Shown: positions 22,306 to 31,859 of the stretch, in pieces
How the letters are laid out: each line of letters begins with the position of its first letter
Numbering within the stretch: the stretch's first letter is position 1
NCBI GenBank assembly: GCA_963728565.1
Contig: CAVSLC010000001.1
Span: forward strand, 32,001-96,000
Reading direction: 5' to 3'
Source of the DNA: an uncultured delta proteobacterium
GTDB taxonomy: Bacteria > Desulfobacterota > Binatia > UBA9968
Length of the DNA: 64,000 nt
Program-made: the position numbers and the translations under genes
The notes under the pieces: generated by a model
Database searches by the model: none
The model's input: the letters and a program-made list of their open reading frames with translations, nothing else
What the model was told of the DNA's origin: nothing

Positions 22306-24617
22306 TCAAACCTGGGAGCTTGCACCTGCTCTCCCGGATGCAACGCACAGGTGAGCGTCGGTTCGTTTCCCTCGGCAAAAGCTTCACGGATCACAGAGGT
22401 ACAGCTTGGCGTAGCCAGTTGCCCGCTGATCGGATCGACGTCGATAAACTTGATCCCCGGAGGCGGCACAAAATCCGTCACAGGGGTTCCGGCTGTCGCA
22501 CGCATCATAAAATCGGTCCAGATTGGCAGCGCAGCCTGAGAACCGGAGAGACCGAGTTTACTCTGGTTGTCGAATCCCACCCAAACCACGGTTAATAGAT
22601 CAGGAGTGTAACCAACGAACCATGCATCTTTATAATCGTTGGTCGTTCCGGTTTTGCCGGCGGCCGGCCGCGTAAATCCGGCGCGCCGCGCGCTGTCCGC
22701 CGTACCTCGATCGAGGACGCCTTTGAGAAGATGATTTATCAAAAACGCCATCTGCGCCGAGACGACCTTTTCAACCCGGACGTCGCGTTTCTCCAGCACG
22801 CGCGCCTCAGGGTCAAGCACCTGCTTGACGGTTAATGGCCGCGTGCGAACGCCATTGTTGGCTAGAGTCGAGAAAGCCACCGCCACTTCGAGCGGCGTCA
22901 CTTCCGCTGCACCCAATGATAGTGACGGCACTGCCGGCAACGAGCTCTGAATACCTAGACGCTGCGCCAGATCGCGAACGCGCCGGATACCCACCTCGCG
23001 CGCGATCCGGGCGGTTGCCGAGTTGAGAGACTTTTCCAGGGCGCGCCGGAGTGTAACAGTACCGAAGAACTCGTCGTTGTAATTACCAGGCTTCCACTCC
23101 TGCCGATCGTATTCCCAGGTGAATGGCGAGTCATCCACCTTGGTCATCGCGGTAAACTTTCTACCGTTGTCGGCTCCATACATCAAAGCGGCCAGGTAGA
23201 CGAACGGCTTGAAGATCGAGCCCGGCTGGCGCTTGGCCTGAAAAACGCGATTAAATTGAGACTTCTGATAGTTGCGACCACCGGCCATTGCCTTGATCTC
23301 TCCGGTTTGCGGTCGGATCACTACCACCGCTCCTTCGAGGCTGTCCTCTTCGCCTCGGCGGCGCAACGCGGGATATTTTGCCTCCAAGCGTCTCAGGCCT
23401 TCCGACAGCGATCGTTCGGCGAGCTTTTGCAGATGCAAATCGAGGCTGGTAAAGATGCGCAATCCCTCTGTGGTCAGTACATCATTGGAATAATTTTCGG
23501 CTAACTCGCGTCGTAGAAAATCCACGTAATACGGAGCATCATTGGTGACTTTGATCAGCTGCCGGTGCGGCAAGGTTTCGCGCACCGAGGCATCATACTG
23601 CTGGGGTGAAATGATTTTGTCGTCGAGCAACTTCGCCAAAACCACGTTGCGTCGCTTAGTCGCCGCTTCCACGCTGCGATACGGAGAGTAGTTATTGGGT
23701 CCGCGGATTAGTCCAGCGAGCAGCGCGATTTCACCAGTGCTCAACTCGGTCAGGGGTTTGGAGAAATAAAACTGGGAAGCTTCCCAGATGCCGTAAATTC
23801 CCTGGGAGCCCTTCTGGCCGAGATAAATCTCATTGAGGTAGTTCTCGAGGATTTCGTTCTTGGAGTAGTTTCGCTCAACGATGAGCGCCATAAAAGCCTC
23901 TTTCACTTTGCGCGATATAGTGCGCTCGCTGCCGAGAAAAAAATTCTTCACCAGTTGCTGCGTCAAAGTGCTGCCGCCTTGGACTACTGCGCCGCTGCGG
24001 AAATTGACCCAGCTTGCGCGCATCAGCGCGACCGGATCCACTCCGAAGTGCCGGTAAAAACGTTCATCTTCGATGGCCAAAATGGCCCGGACCAGTAGCG
24101 GCGGCACTTCCGGCAACTTAACCAACCGTCGCTCTTGCCAGACCGTTTCATAGAGCCCGGTCACCAACTCGGGTTCGAGCTCGAGTGAAAATAGTTCTTC
24201 CCCGCTGTCACCATTTTGCAGTTTGCCAACTGTGTTTCCTTGCAGGGAAATTCGAATCGGAACGCCTTTGAATGTCTCCGTTGGATAACTAAAATCGTGC
24301 AGATAAACGTCCAGAAGGCCGGACGATCGTTGAAAACGATACTCGCCCTTGCCGTCTGGCGCAGCTTTCGTTTCGTGATAGCCGAGGCGTCGCAATTTTT
24401 CGAGGATATCTTCCGTGCGAAGGCTCATGCCGGCATAGAGCAGGTATGAGTCGGAATAGATTTTCGAGGGAAAACGCCATTTCTGACCATCGAACTTGGC
24501 AGTAACGGTATCTTCCAGAGTCCTGAGATACCAGCTGCCAATGACGATGCCGCTCGATGTGATGAGAAGAAGAACGATTAGGGAAATGCTAAAGAAGCGA
24601 AGATTGGATTTCTTCAA
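22302..24617 (-). CDS. mrcB: Penicillin-binding protein 1B (UB2H, transglycosylase and transpeptidase domains)
   Basis: EDERF, GGSTLTQQ, SIFK, SLN and KTG motifs. Confidence 0.92.
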   Translation of the reverse strand: MKKSNLRFFSISLIVLLLITSSGIVIGSWYLRTLEDTVTAKFDGQKWRFPSKIYSDSYLLYAGMSLRTEDILEKLRRLGYHETKAAPDGKGEYRFQRSSGLLDVYLHDFSYPTETFKGVPIRISLQGNTVGKLQNGDSGEELFSLELEPELVTGLYETVWQERRLVKLPEVPPLLVRAILAIEDERFYRHFGVDPVALMRASWVNFRSGAVVQGGSTLTQQLVKNFFLGSERTISRKVKEAFMALIVERNYSKNEILENYLNEIYLGQKGSQGIYGIWEASQFYFSKPLTELSTGEIALLAGLIRGPNNYSPYRSVEAATKRRNVVLAKLLDDKIISPQQYDASVRETLPHRQLIKVTNDAPYYVDFLRRELAENYSNDVLTTEGLRIFTSLDLHLQKLAERSLSEGLRRLEAKYPALRRRGEEDSLEGAVVVIRPQTGEIKAMAGGRNYQKSQFNRVFQAKRQPGSIFKPFVYLAALMYGADNGRKFTAMTKVDDSPFTWEYDRQEWKPGNYNDEFFGTVTLRRALEKSLNSATARIAREVGIRRVRDLAQRLGIQSSLPAVPSLSLGAAEVTPLEVAVAFSTLANNGVRTRPLTVKQVLDPEARVLEKRDVRVEKVVSAQMAFLINHLLKGVLDRGTADSARRAGFTRPAAGKTGTTNDYKDAWFVGYTPDLLTVVWVGFDNQSKLGLSGSQAALPIWTDFMMRATAGTPVTDFVPPPGIKFIDVDPISGQLATPSCTSVIREAFAEGNEPTLTCALHPGEQVQAPRFE

Positions 24618-24670
24618 ACGATAGACTCCGGAGACAGTTAATATTCACTCAGATCCGGGCAAAAATCAAC

Positions 24671-24709
24671 AAAAAGAGGGCGGGATGGCATTCCCATCCG
24701 ACCCTCTTT
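24671..24709 (-). terminator. Intrinsic terminator after degP
   Basis: AAAGAGGGCGGGATGG/CCATCCGACCCTCTTT imperfect stem with minus-strand U tract. Confidence 0.7.
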
Positions 24710-24735
24710 AGTTTTGTCAGAATCTTTTTGAAGAC

Positions 24736-26235
24736 TCAGCCCTGCGGCCTTAATGCAAGAAACAGCGTGCTCTCGCCGCGTCGCACCAAAAACAGCACTC
24801 CTTTGCCTTTACGAACGGTCGCAATAGACTTTTTGTATTCGTCCAGGTTACGAATCGGCTTGCGATCGATCTCGACGATGACATCGCCGCGCCGAATCCC
24901 AGCTTCGTCGGCAGCGCTACCCGGTTCAACTGCTGAGACAACGATGCCCTCAGCTTTCTCCAAACCTAGGCTTTCGGCGATCTGCGGCGTCAGTCTTTGA
25001 ACAGTCAGGCCCATTTCCCCCTTTTCCGGAGCGGAGGCCACGACTTCTTCGTCCTTGAGCTCGCCGACGGCTACGTTCAACGTAAGCTCCTTCTTATCGC
25101 GCAGAACCTTCATCCTGACCTTTTTGTCGATTGGTGTGCGTGCCACTATGATCGGAAGCTCGCCTGAGTCTTTGATCTCTTTGCCGTCGAACTCAACAAT
25201 AACGTCACCTACCTTGACTCCGGACTTGTCCGCGGGTCCATCTTTGGAGACGTTGGCCACGAGTGCTCCTTGGCTCTTCTCCATCCCCAAGCTTTCCGCC
25301 AGTTCCGGCGTGACTTTCTGAATCAACACACCCAGGTATCCACGAGTCACTTTTCCTTTGCCGCGAAGCTGCGGCAGAAGTTCCTTCACCAAATTGACGG
25401 GTATCGCGAATCCAATACCGATATTTCCGCCAGTGCGGCTGAAGATAGCGGTGTTGATCCCGATCACCTCGCCGCGCAAATTGATCAGCGGCCCGCCGGA
25501 ATTTCCTGGATTGATGGAGGCATCGGTCTGAATGAAGTTGTCATAGGGTCCCTGACCGATATGCCGACCTTTGGCGCTGACGATACCCGATGTTACCGTG
25601 CTATCCAGGCCAAAAGGATTGCCAATTGCCATCACCCACTCTCCGACCTCAAGACCGTCAGAGTCGCCGAAGTTGGCTGGGGTAAGTTTTGTTTTCGCCT
25701 CGATCTTGATTACCGCAATGTCCGTCTTCGGATCACGGCCGATCACTTTGGCTTCGTACTCTTGTTCGTCGGCCAATTTAACGACGATCTTCTGAGCGTT
25801 TTCGACGACGTGATTATTGGTAAGAATAGAACCATCGCCATCGATGATGAATCCGGATCCTAGGCTTCGCTGGCGCTGCGGGCCGCGGGGCATTGGACCG
25901 CCAAAAAATCGTCGCCAGAAGTCGTTGAACGGATCTTCCTCGCCGAAGGGGCTGCCGAACTCCTGCGGAGCCTGTTGACCGCGCGATTCGCTCACCTGAG
26001 TTGAGGATATGTTAACGACCACGGGTCGCAATTTTTTCGAAAGGGCGACAAAATCAGGTAACTGATTGGCGATTCTAATGTCGGAGCTTGCGCCTTCTCC
26101 CATGTTGACGGCTCGGCTTGGCGCAAGCCAATCGAAGCTGCCGCTGATGGCGAGGCCGAGCAGTAGCGAAGCAATTGCAACAACCGCAACGCCCTTGAAT
26201 GTGAAGCTCCCGCTCCAGACCCTCTTGATATCCAT
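24736..26235 (-). CDS. degP: DegP/HtrA serine protease with two PDZ domains
   Basis: LTNNHV, DIAV, GNSGGPL; two PDZ domains. Confidence 0.93.
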   Translation of the reverse strand: MDIKRVWSGSFTFKGVAVVAIASLLLGLAISGSFDWLAPSRAVNMGEGASSDIRIANQLPDFVALSKKLRPVVVNISSTQVSESRGQQAPQEFGSPFGEEDPFNDFWRRFFGGPMPRGPQRQRSLGSGFIIDGDGSILTNNHVVENAQKIVVKLADEQEYEAKVIGRDPKTDIAVIKIEAKTKLTPANFGDSDGLEVGEWVMAIGNPFGLDSTVTSGIVSAKGRHIGQGPYDNFIQTDASINPGNSGGPLINLRGEVIGINTAIFSRTGGNIGIGFAIPVNLVKELLPQLRGKGKVTRGYLGVLIQKVTPELAESLGMEKSQGALVANVSKDGPADKSGVKVGDVIVEFDGKEIKDSGELPIIVARTPIDKKVRMKVLRDKKELTLNVAVGELKDEEVVASAPEKGEMGLTVQRLTPQIAESLGLEKAEGIVVSAVEPGSAADEAGIRRGDVIVEIDRKPIRNLDEYKKSIATVRKGKGVLFLVRRGESTLFLALRPQG

Positions 26236-26244
26236 CAACTGCTC

Positions 26245-26679
26245 CTACTTCTTCTTTACCGCCTCGACGTATTTCATTCGAAGGTCAAAGAGAATGTCTT
26301 CTATCAATCGATCTTCCCCGGAATTTAGATTACCCCTGGTTTTTTCGCGTAACATGCCGATGATATCGATCATCTGCTTCGCCACTAGCCGGTCCGGTTC
26401 TACCTTCCCGGTCAGCGGATTGGCAATCTCGCCGAGATGCATGAGCGCTTGTGTGCTAAGGCTGATAACAAAGGTTGAGAAATTGATCTCCGGCAATGGC
26501 CCTTGTTGCTCGTCGGCTTTGCCTGGCGACTGTGAATCCTCGGCGACTTTCGTTTCGACGCTATCGACAGCATCTGTAGACGACCCAGCGTCCTCCCGGC
26601 TGTCCCCGGTTTCAGAGAACCGCCGTCGATCTTGTACAGTGAACCCTTTGCCTTCTTTCTTTTCTTCCTCTCCGGCCAT
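26245..26679 (-). CDS. DUF1844-like protein
   Basis: FTVQDRRRF, FSTFVISL, KTRGNL...LFDLRMKYV. Confidence 0.8.
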   Translation of the reverse strand: MAGEEEKKEGKGFTVQDRRRFSETGDSREDAGSSTDAVDSVETKVAEDSQSPGKADEQQGPLPEINFSTFVISLSTQALMHLGEIANPLTGKVEPDRLVAKQMIDIIGMLREKTRGNLNSGEDRLIEDILFDLRMKYVEAVKKK

Positions 26680-26699
26680 GGCTACCCTCTTCGAAAGAG

Positions 26700-26745
26700 A
26701 AAAAAAGCCTGGGAACTTTGTACCGCACGTAACGAGTTCCCAGGC
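26700..26745 (-). terminator. Intrinsic terminator/attenuator upstream of DUF1844
   Basis: 11-bp stem GCCTGGGAACT/AGTTCCCAGGC followed by a U run on the minus strand. Confidence 0.75.
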
Positions 26746-26821
26746 ACTCTCGTGTTAAGTGACCTGTATTTGATCATTCAAAGGGCGTTAAATAATCGCC
26801 TGAAGCGATCATCCAAGTGCT

Positions 26822-27879
26822 CTATCCTCCCATTAATTCAGGCGAAATCTCAGGAGGAACTCTAATCCCTGCCCCCTGGCTTGTCAAGGTAACGAGCGCT
26901 GGCCAGCGCTCAAGTTGTCGAATGACTTCTGCCGGTGTCAAAGCCGCTAAACAATCACGATGGCGGCAGCTTTTCATCGCCGAAACAGCGCATGGAGAGC
27001 ACGGCACCTGATGTCTGAGTACCAAGACAGTCTTTCCTCGTGGTGCCCACTTATTAACACTAGAAGGACCAAAAACAGCCGCTGTGGGAACTCCAAGAGC
27101 TGCAGCGATGTGAGAAATACCACTGTCATTGCCGACGTACAGACTACAGCGCGCAATCGTTGCCGCCAGACGCCCCAAGGTGCATGCCGCGTATCGTTAG
27201 CCCCTGATGACACAAAGATTCATAGCCTCCGCGCTCGTCTTCCACCGGTCCAAGAATCGTGATTACGCTGCCGCCAACCCGCTCTCGCCACCAGCGAGCG
27301 ATCGCCTCAAATGAGATCAACGGCCAGTTTTTTTCACGCGCGCCGCTTCCCGGAGCGATGGCGAGCACGGGTTTCGATTTGAGGGAATTTTCGGCCCAGT
27401 AAACTTCTGCCCAATGGTTAGCATCCGGCATCAGGGGAATGTGAGGCATACTCGGAACCAAATCGGCTTGAAGGCACGAGAGGTAATAATCCGCCTGGTG
27501 CATCTGCGAGTTCCTCGCATCGAATTGAAATATTCGGAGCCGCCCCTGAGTAGCCGTGTGAAGTTCCTGCTTATAGGTCAAATCTCCACTGCCCATCCAA
27601 GAATAAGTACAGCGGTAGGTTTCGAAAAAGCGCCGCACCTTGTCATCACTACCTCCGTCCCGAGACAAATAGCTGGCGAATTTCAAAGCGCTCCAGCGAT
27701 CCGACCTTTACGCGCGCCGGAACGAGCTCAGAAAATTCCGTCCGCGCTAGCAAATCGATCGACATTCGTTCAGCAAGAAATTGGAGAGTCGGTAAGAAGC
27801 AAACGAAGTCTCCTAACGCCCCGGGAAACAGAACTAGCGCTCGTCGATTGATCACTTCAAGAATGCGCTCCCTTTGCAT
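26822..27879 (-). CDS. Glycosyltransferase family 9 (heptosyltransferase-like), frameshifted
   Basis: PGALGD, APGSGAREKNWP, GNDSGISHIAAALG across three ORF pieces. Confidence 0.82.
26859..26887 (-). promoter_or_regulatory. Sigma70-like promoter
   Basis: TTGACA-N17-TAGAGT on the minus strand. Confidence 0.6.
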
Positions 27880-27964
27880 TTAATTGACTTTAATTTGGCA
27901 AGTATATAGCATACCGGCAAAATCTTTTCGAATTTCGTTCCCACTTAGGAAGTCGAGCACACCA

Positions 27965-28909
27965 TTGGCAACGTTAAACGGCGCTGGGTCCATCCTGGAT
28001 CTGATCGGCTCCACACCCGTCCTCAAACTGAAAAGCTTACCCGGCAAAGATGACGCCGAGGTTTGGGCAAAGTTGGAGGCGTTCAATCCGGGCGGGTCGG
28101 TGAAGGATCGCATCTGTTCTAACATGATAGAAACCGCGGAACGTGAAGGTAAGCTGAAACCGGGGTCAACGATCGTCGAGCCGACTAGCGGTAACACCGG
28201 TATCGGTCTAGCATTAGTTGCAGCCGTGAAGGGCTATCGTTTGGTTTTGACCATGCCAGATACCATGAGCGAAGAACGTCGCAGCTTGTTGGCCGCTTAT
28301 GGAGCACGTTTAATTCTTACTCCAGATACTAAAGGAATGGGCGGGGCTATTCACAAGGCCGAAGAACTCGTGCAAGAAAACAGTGACTACTTCATGCCCC
28401 AGCAATTCAACAACCCGGCCAATCCCGAAAGTCATCGCCGGACGACCGCGATGGAACTGCTAAAACAATTCAAACGGATTGATGCTTTTGTCGCCGGGGT
28501 CGGCACAGGGGGAACGATCACCGGAGTCGGTGAAGTACTGAAAGACCGTTTTAAAGGTGTGAAAGTTTGCGCCGTCGAGCCGGCGTCGTCGCCGGTGATT
28601 TCCGGCGGGGAGCCGGGTTATCATAAAATTCAGGGAATCGGCGCCGGTTTCATACCGGCGGTTCTGAATCGTCAAGTTATCGACGAGATTATTCCGGTCA
28701 GTGATACGGACGCGATCAATTTTACACGCCGTTTAGCGTCTGAAGAAGGTCTTCTGGTGGGCATTTCTTCAGGTGCGGCTTGTTGTGCCGCGCTCCGCGT
28801 CGCCAAGACATTGGGAAAAGGGCAGATTGTTGTTACCGTCTTTGCAGATAAAGGGGAACACTATCTGAGCACAGATTTATTCGGGGAGAAGCGGTGGACG
28901 CAAAATTAA
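27965..28909 (+). CDS. cysK: Cysteine synthase A
   Basis: [28 protein letters not shown]; start (TTG) uncertain. Confidence 0.93.
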   Translation: MATLNGAGSILDLIGSTPVLKLKSLPGKDDAEVWAKLEAFNPGGSVKDRICSNMIETAEREGKLKPGSTIVEPTSGNTGIGLALVAAVKGYRLVLTMPDTMSEERRSLLAAYGARLILTPDTKGMGGAIHKAEELVQENSDYFMPQQFNNPANPESHRRTTAMELLKQFKRIDAFVAGVGTGGTITGVGEVLKDRFKGVKVCAVEPASSPVISGGEPGYHKIQGIGAGFIPAVLNRQVIDEIIPVSDTDAINFTRRLASEEGLLVGISSGAACCAALRVAKTLGKGQIVVTVFADKGEHYLSTDLFGEKRWTQN

Positions 28910-29704
28910 ACTATCTAGAAGACTCTACTACGTAACACGAACGGCGCAATCGTAGCGTTTTCTGCCGGCGTCGACTCGACGTTTTTGCTGAAGATCGCCT
29001 ATTCTGTCCTAGGGGAGCGCGCCATCGCCTTGACCGCAGCATCGCCCACAGTGCCGCCGGGTGAATTCGAAGCTGCGAAGGAGTTTGCCAAAACGCTCAA
29101 CTGTCGCCACATCGTTATCGAGTCCAATGAATTGGCCAATCCTTCATTCGCCCAGAATCCTTCCAACCGGTGCTTCTTCTGCAAGGACGAGCTTTACCGA
29201 CTCTGTCGAGATCAGGCGGAAAAACTAAACATTCCGGTAATTGTCGACGGTACCAATCTCGACGATCTGAAGGACCATCGCCCCGGGTTGAAAGCGGCCA
29301 AAGATTGGGGCATCCGTCATCCATTGGTAGAAGCGGAGATGACTAAAGAGGATATTCGGCGCTATAGCCGAGCACTTGATCTGCCCACCTGGGACAAACC
29401 CTCGAGCCCTTGCCTTTCATCTCGTTTTCCATACGGCACCGAAATAAATCTCGAGCGACTGCGAAAAGTCGGCGCCTGCGAGGTCTACTTGAAGGAACTC
29501 CGCTTTCGCGAGTTCCGGGTGCGCTATCATGGAGACCTAGCGCGCATCGAGTTGGCTGCACACGAGATCGGCCGATTCTTTGATGAGGCAACGCGACAAG
29601 CCGTGGTAAAAAAATTTAAAGAGATCGGTTTCAACTATGTGAGCCTTGATTTACAAGGCTATCGCACGGGAAGTATGAACGAAACTCTGGCGAAAGCTAT
29701 TTAG
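28894..29704 (+). CDS. larE: LarE-family ATP-dependent sulfur transferase (5' frameshift near 28920)
   Basis: [10 protein letters not shown]-loop upstream of the tracked [27 protein letters not shown]. Confidence 0.88.
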
Positions 29705-30392
29705 TCGACCTGCCGCTCGCAACTAGCGCCTCGGCGAAAAGCAAGTCTTCCGGCAACGTGATCTTGATATTAGTTCGTTCTCCGTCGATCAAATACACCG
29801 GTTTTCCCAAACGCTCCACTAGGCTAGCATCGTCAGTTGCGTCTTGATCGTTCGCAGCTTGATGCGCTTCAAGGATTAAGCTTCGTTCGAACGCCTGTGG
29901 CGTTTGAATTTCCCATAAGCAATCGCGGGGTGGAGTCGAGAGTATTCGCCGATCTCCAGAAATCACTTTGATGGTATCCCGCACCGGCACACCCACCACA
30001 ACTGCCTTTCGCGTCGGCACCTCATCGATAACACGGTCGATCAGCTCGGCAGAGACAAACGGCCGTGCTCCATCATGGATAACCACCACGTCGCATTCAG
30101 AAGAAACTTTTTTCAGCCCGCGTTTGACAGATTCTTGCCGGCTCGATCCGCCGGTCTGTAGGATCCATGATTTCTTGCGCGCCTGTGGGTCACTGCCTAG
30201 CAAGGATCGACAGCGGTCCAAATCCCGTTCGGCAATCACAACGATCAGATTGTTGACTCTCTTGGCGTGGAAAAATTGGTCCAACGTCCGAAGCAAAAGA
30301 GCTCGGCCGCCAATCGGAAGGTATACTTTGCTTATGCCGGCTCCTACCCGGCGTCCTTCTCCTGCCGCAACTATAATTGCTGTTGCATTCAC
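29697..30392 (-). CDS. ispD: 2-C-methyl-D-erythritol 4-phosphate cytidylyltransferase
   Basis: AAGEGRR, RQESV, IHDGARP, QTPQ, TDDASL, NIKIT. Confidence 0.94.
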   Translation of the reverse strand: MNATAIIVAAGEGRRVGAGISKVYLPIGGRALLLRTLDQFFHAKRVNNLIVVIAERDLDRCRSLLGSDPQARKKSWILQTGGSSRQESVKRGLKKVSSECDVVVIHDGARPFVSAELIDRVIDEVPTRKAVVVGVPVRDTIKVISGDRRILSTPPRDCLWEIQTPQAFERSLILEAHQAANDQDATDDASLVERLGKPVYLIDGERTNIKITLPEDLLFAEALVASGRSTK

Positions 30393-30404
30393 CGTGATCC
30401 AGCG

Positions 30405-30447
30405 AAAAACAAAAGAGCCGAGAGGTTGACTCTCGGCTCTTTGTTTT
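30405..30447. terminator. Bidirectional-type intrinsic terminator after carD
   Basis: AAAGAGCCGAGAG/CTCTCGGCTCTTT stem flanked by A and T runs. Confidence 0.75.
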
Positions 30448-30467
30448 GCACCATCCAACTCCCGGTT

Positions 30468-30950
30468 TCAGTGAGTGAAGATATGGCGCAACTCTTCAAG
30501 AATTTTTTCCTCGGAATGAGAGCGCGCGATTGAAAGTTCTTTCACCAGAAGATTACGCGCCGTATCCAACATCTTTCTTTCCCCAAAAGATAATTCTTTA
30601 TCGCCCTTAAGCACAAAGAGGTCCCGCAATACCTTAGCTATCTCGAGAATCGAACCCGTTTTGATCTTTTCCGTGTATTCACGATAACGCCGATTCCATG
30701 TTTGTTGATCCGTTTCGACTTTTTTCTGGCGCAATACTTTGTAGACCTTCGAAACCATGGCGCGATCGATAACCTTTCGTAATCCCACGGAATCTACATT
30801 TTCGATGGGGATCATAATCTTCATGTCGGTTTCCAATATTCGAAGCATGTAGAATTTCCTTTCACTTCCGGAAATAACATGGATTCGAATGGCCTCGATC
30901 TCTCCCACTCCATGAGCGGGATAAACTACTTTTTCGCCAACCTTAAACAT
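30468..30950 (-). CDS. carD: CarD/CdnL RNA-polymerase-binding regulator
   Basis: FKVGEKVVYPAHGVG, WNRRYR, LSFGERKM. Confidence 0.95.
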   Translation of the reverse strand: MFKVGEKVVYPAHGVGEIEAIRIHVISGSERKFYMLRILETDMKIMIPIENVDSVGLRKVIDRAMVSKVYKVLRQKKVETDQQTWNRRYREYTEKIKTGSILEIAKVLRDLFVLKGDKELSFGERKMLDTARNLLVKELSIARSHSEEKILEELRHIFTH

Positions 30951-31197
30951 AGTGACCTCCTCGTGAACGATAGCGTATAGGGCATCTCTTCGAGCTTAGG
31001 CGGATTTGTAGAAGGAACGGGGACGAGAGGTGAAGTTGAGAGGATTAAAGAGTTGAAGCGGATTTGATTGCAGAAACAGCTAGGATGGGATCGGCGGCTG
31101 CTTCTTATTAACATTCGATATACCGTTTCATATCTTCAGATCCTTCAAATAGAATTGGCGGTCATGCTTTCGACCGCCAATTTACCGGCACACCTTA

Positions 31198-31227
31198 CTT
31201 ATACAACAGAGCTCACAGCAGCGTCAA
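31198..31227 (-). promoter_or_regulatory. Candidate carD promoter
   Basis: TTGACG-N18-TATAAG on the minus strand. Confidence 0.45.
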
Positions 31228-31333
31228 GAGAGCTCCATTATTTCCTAAAATGCCAAAAAAATCCGTATCTTACGCCCAAATGTTAGGATCCGGGGAGTTA
31301 AATAGCCGTGCCACGAAACCACGCTTCAGAGGC

Positions 31334-31756
31334 TTAGCGTAGTTCTAGAGCCATCACCAGCGCATCTTCGCCATTGTCAGAATAATAGCCTTTCCGCAGG
31401 CCTCGTATGACAAATCCGAAGCTACGATAAAGATTTTGTGCTGGAGCATTAGAGAACCGAACGTCAAGGGTTACTCGAAGCCGTTCTTGGCGCCGGGCCG
31501 CATCGACCACCTGCTCAAGTAGAAGCCGCCCGATCCCTTGCCGGCGAAAATCGGGATGCACGGCGATGTTATGGATATCTACTTCTTCAGGCAGGAACCA
31601 GAACAGAACATAACCAACAATGCGGCCTTCCACTTCGGCCAGAATGGAACGGGCGCAGTCCACCTGTAGTTCATCTAGAAAAAAGCGGGTGCTCCAGGGA
31701 AATTGAAACGATGCCCTCTCTATGGCAATGACATTTTCTATATCTGCGGCGGTCAT
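31334..31756 (-). CDS. rimI: Ribosomal protein S18 alanine N-acetyltransferase
   Basis: IERASFQFPW, NIAVHP.FRRQGIG, GLRKGYY...EDAL. Confidence 0.9.
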   Translation of the reverse strand: MTAADIENVIAIERASFQFPWSTRFFLDELQVDCARSILAEVEGRIVGYVLFWFLPEEVDIHNIAVHPDFRRQGIGRLLLEQVVDAARRQERLRVTLDVRFSNAPAQNLYRSFGFVIRGLRKGYYSDNGEDALVMALELR

Positions 31757-31786
31757 TGAACGAACCGAAGCGACCTTGCTCGACGC

Positions 31787-31821
31787 AAAAAAGCCACAGG
31801 ATACTTCACTATCCTGTGGCT
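31787..31821 (-). terminator. Intrinsic terminator after the ferredoxin fusion gene
   Basis: AGCCACAGGATA/TATCCTGTGGCT stem plus U tract. Confidence 0.75.
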
Positions 31822-31859
31822 CAGGCCCGTTAAGAGAAGTAGTTTGGGCAGACTTATCT

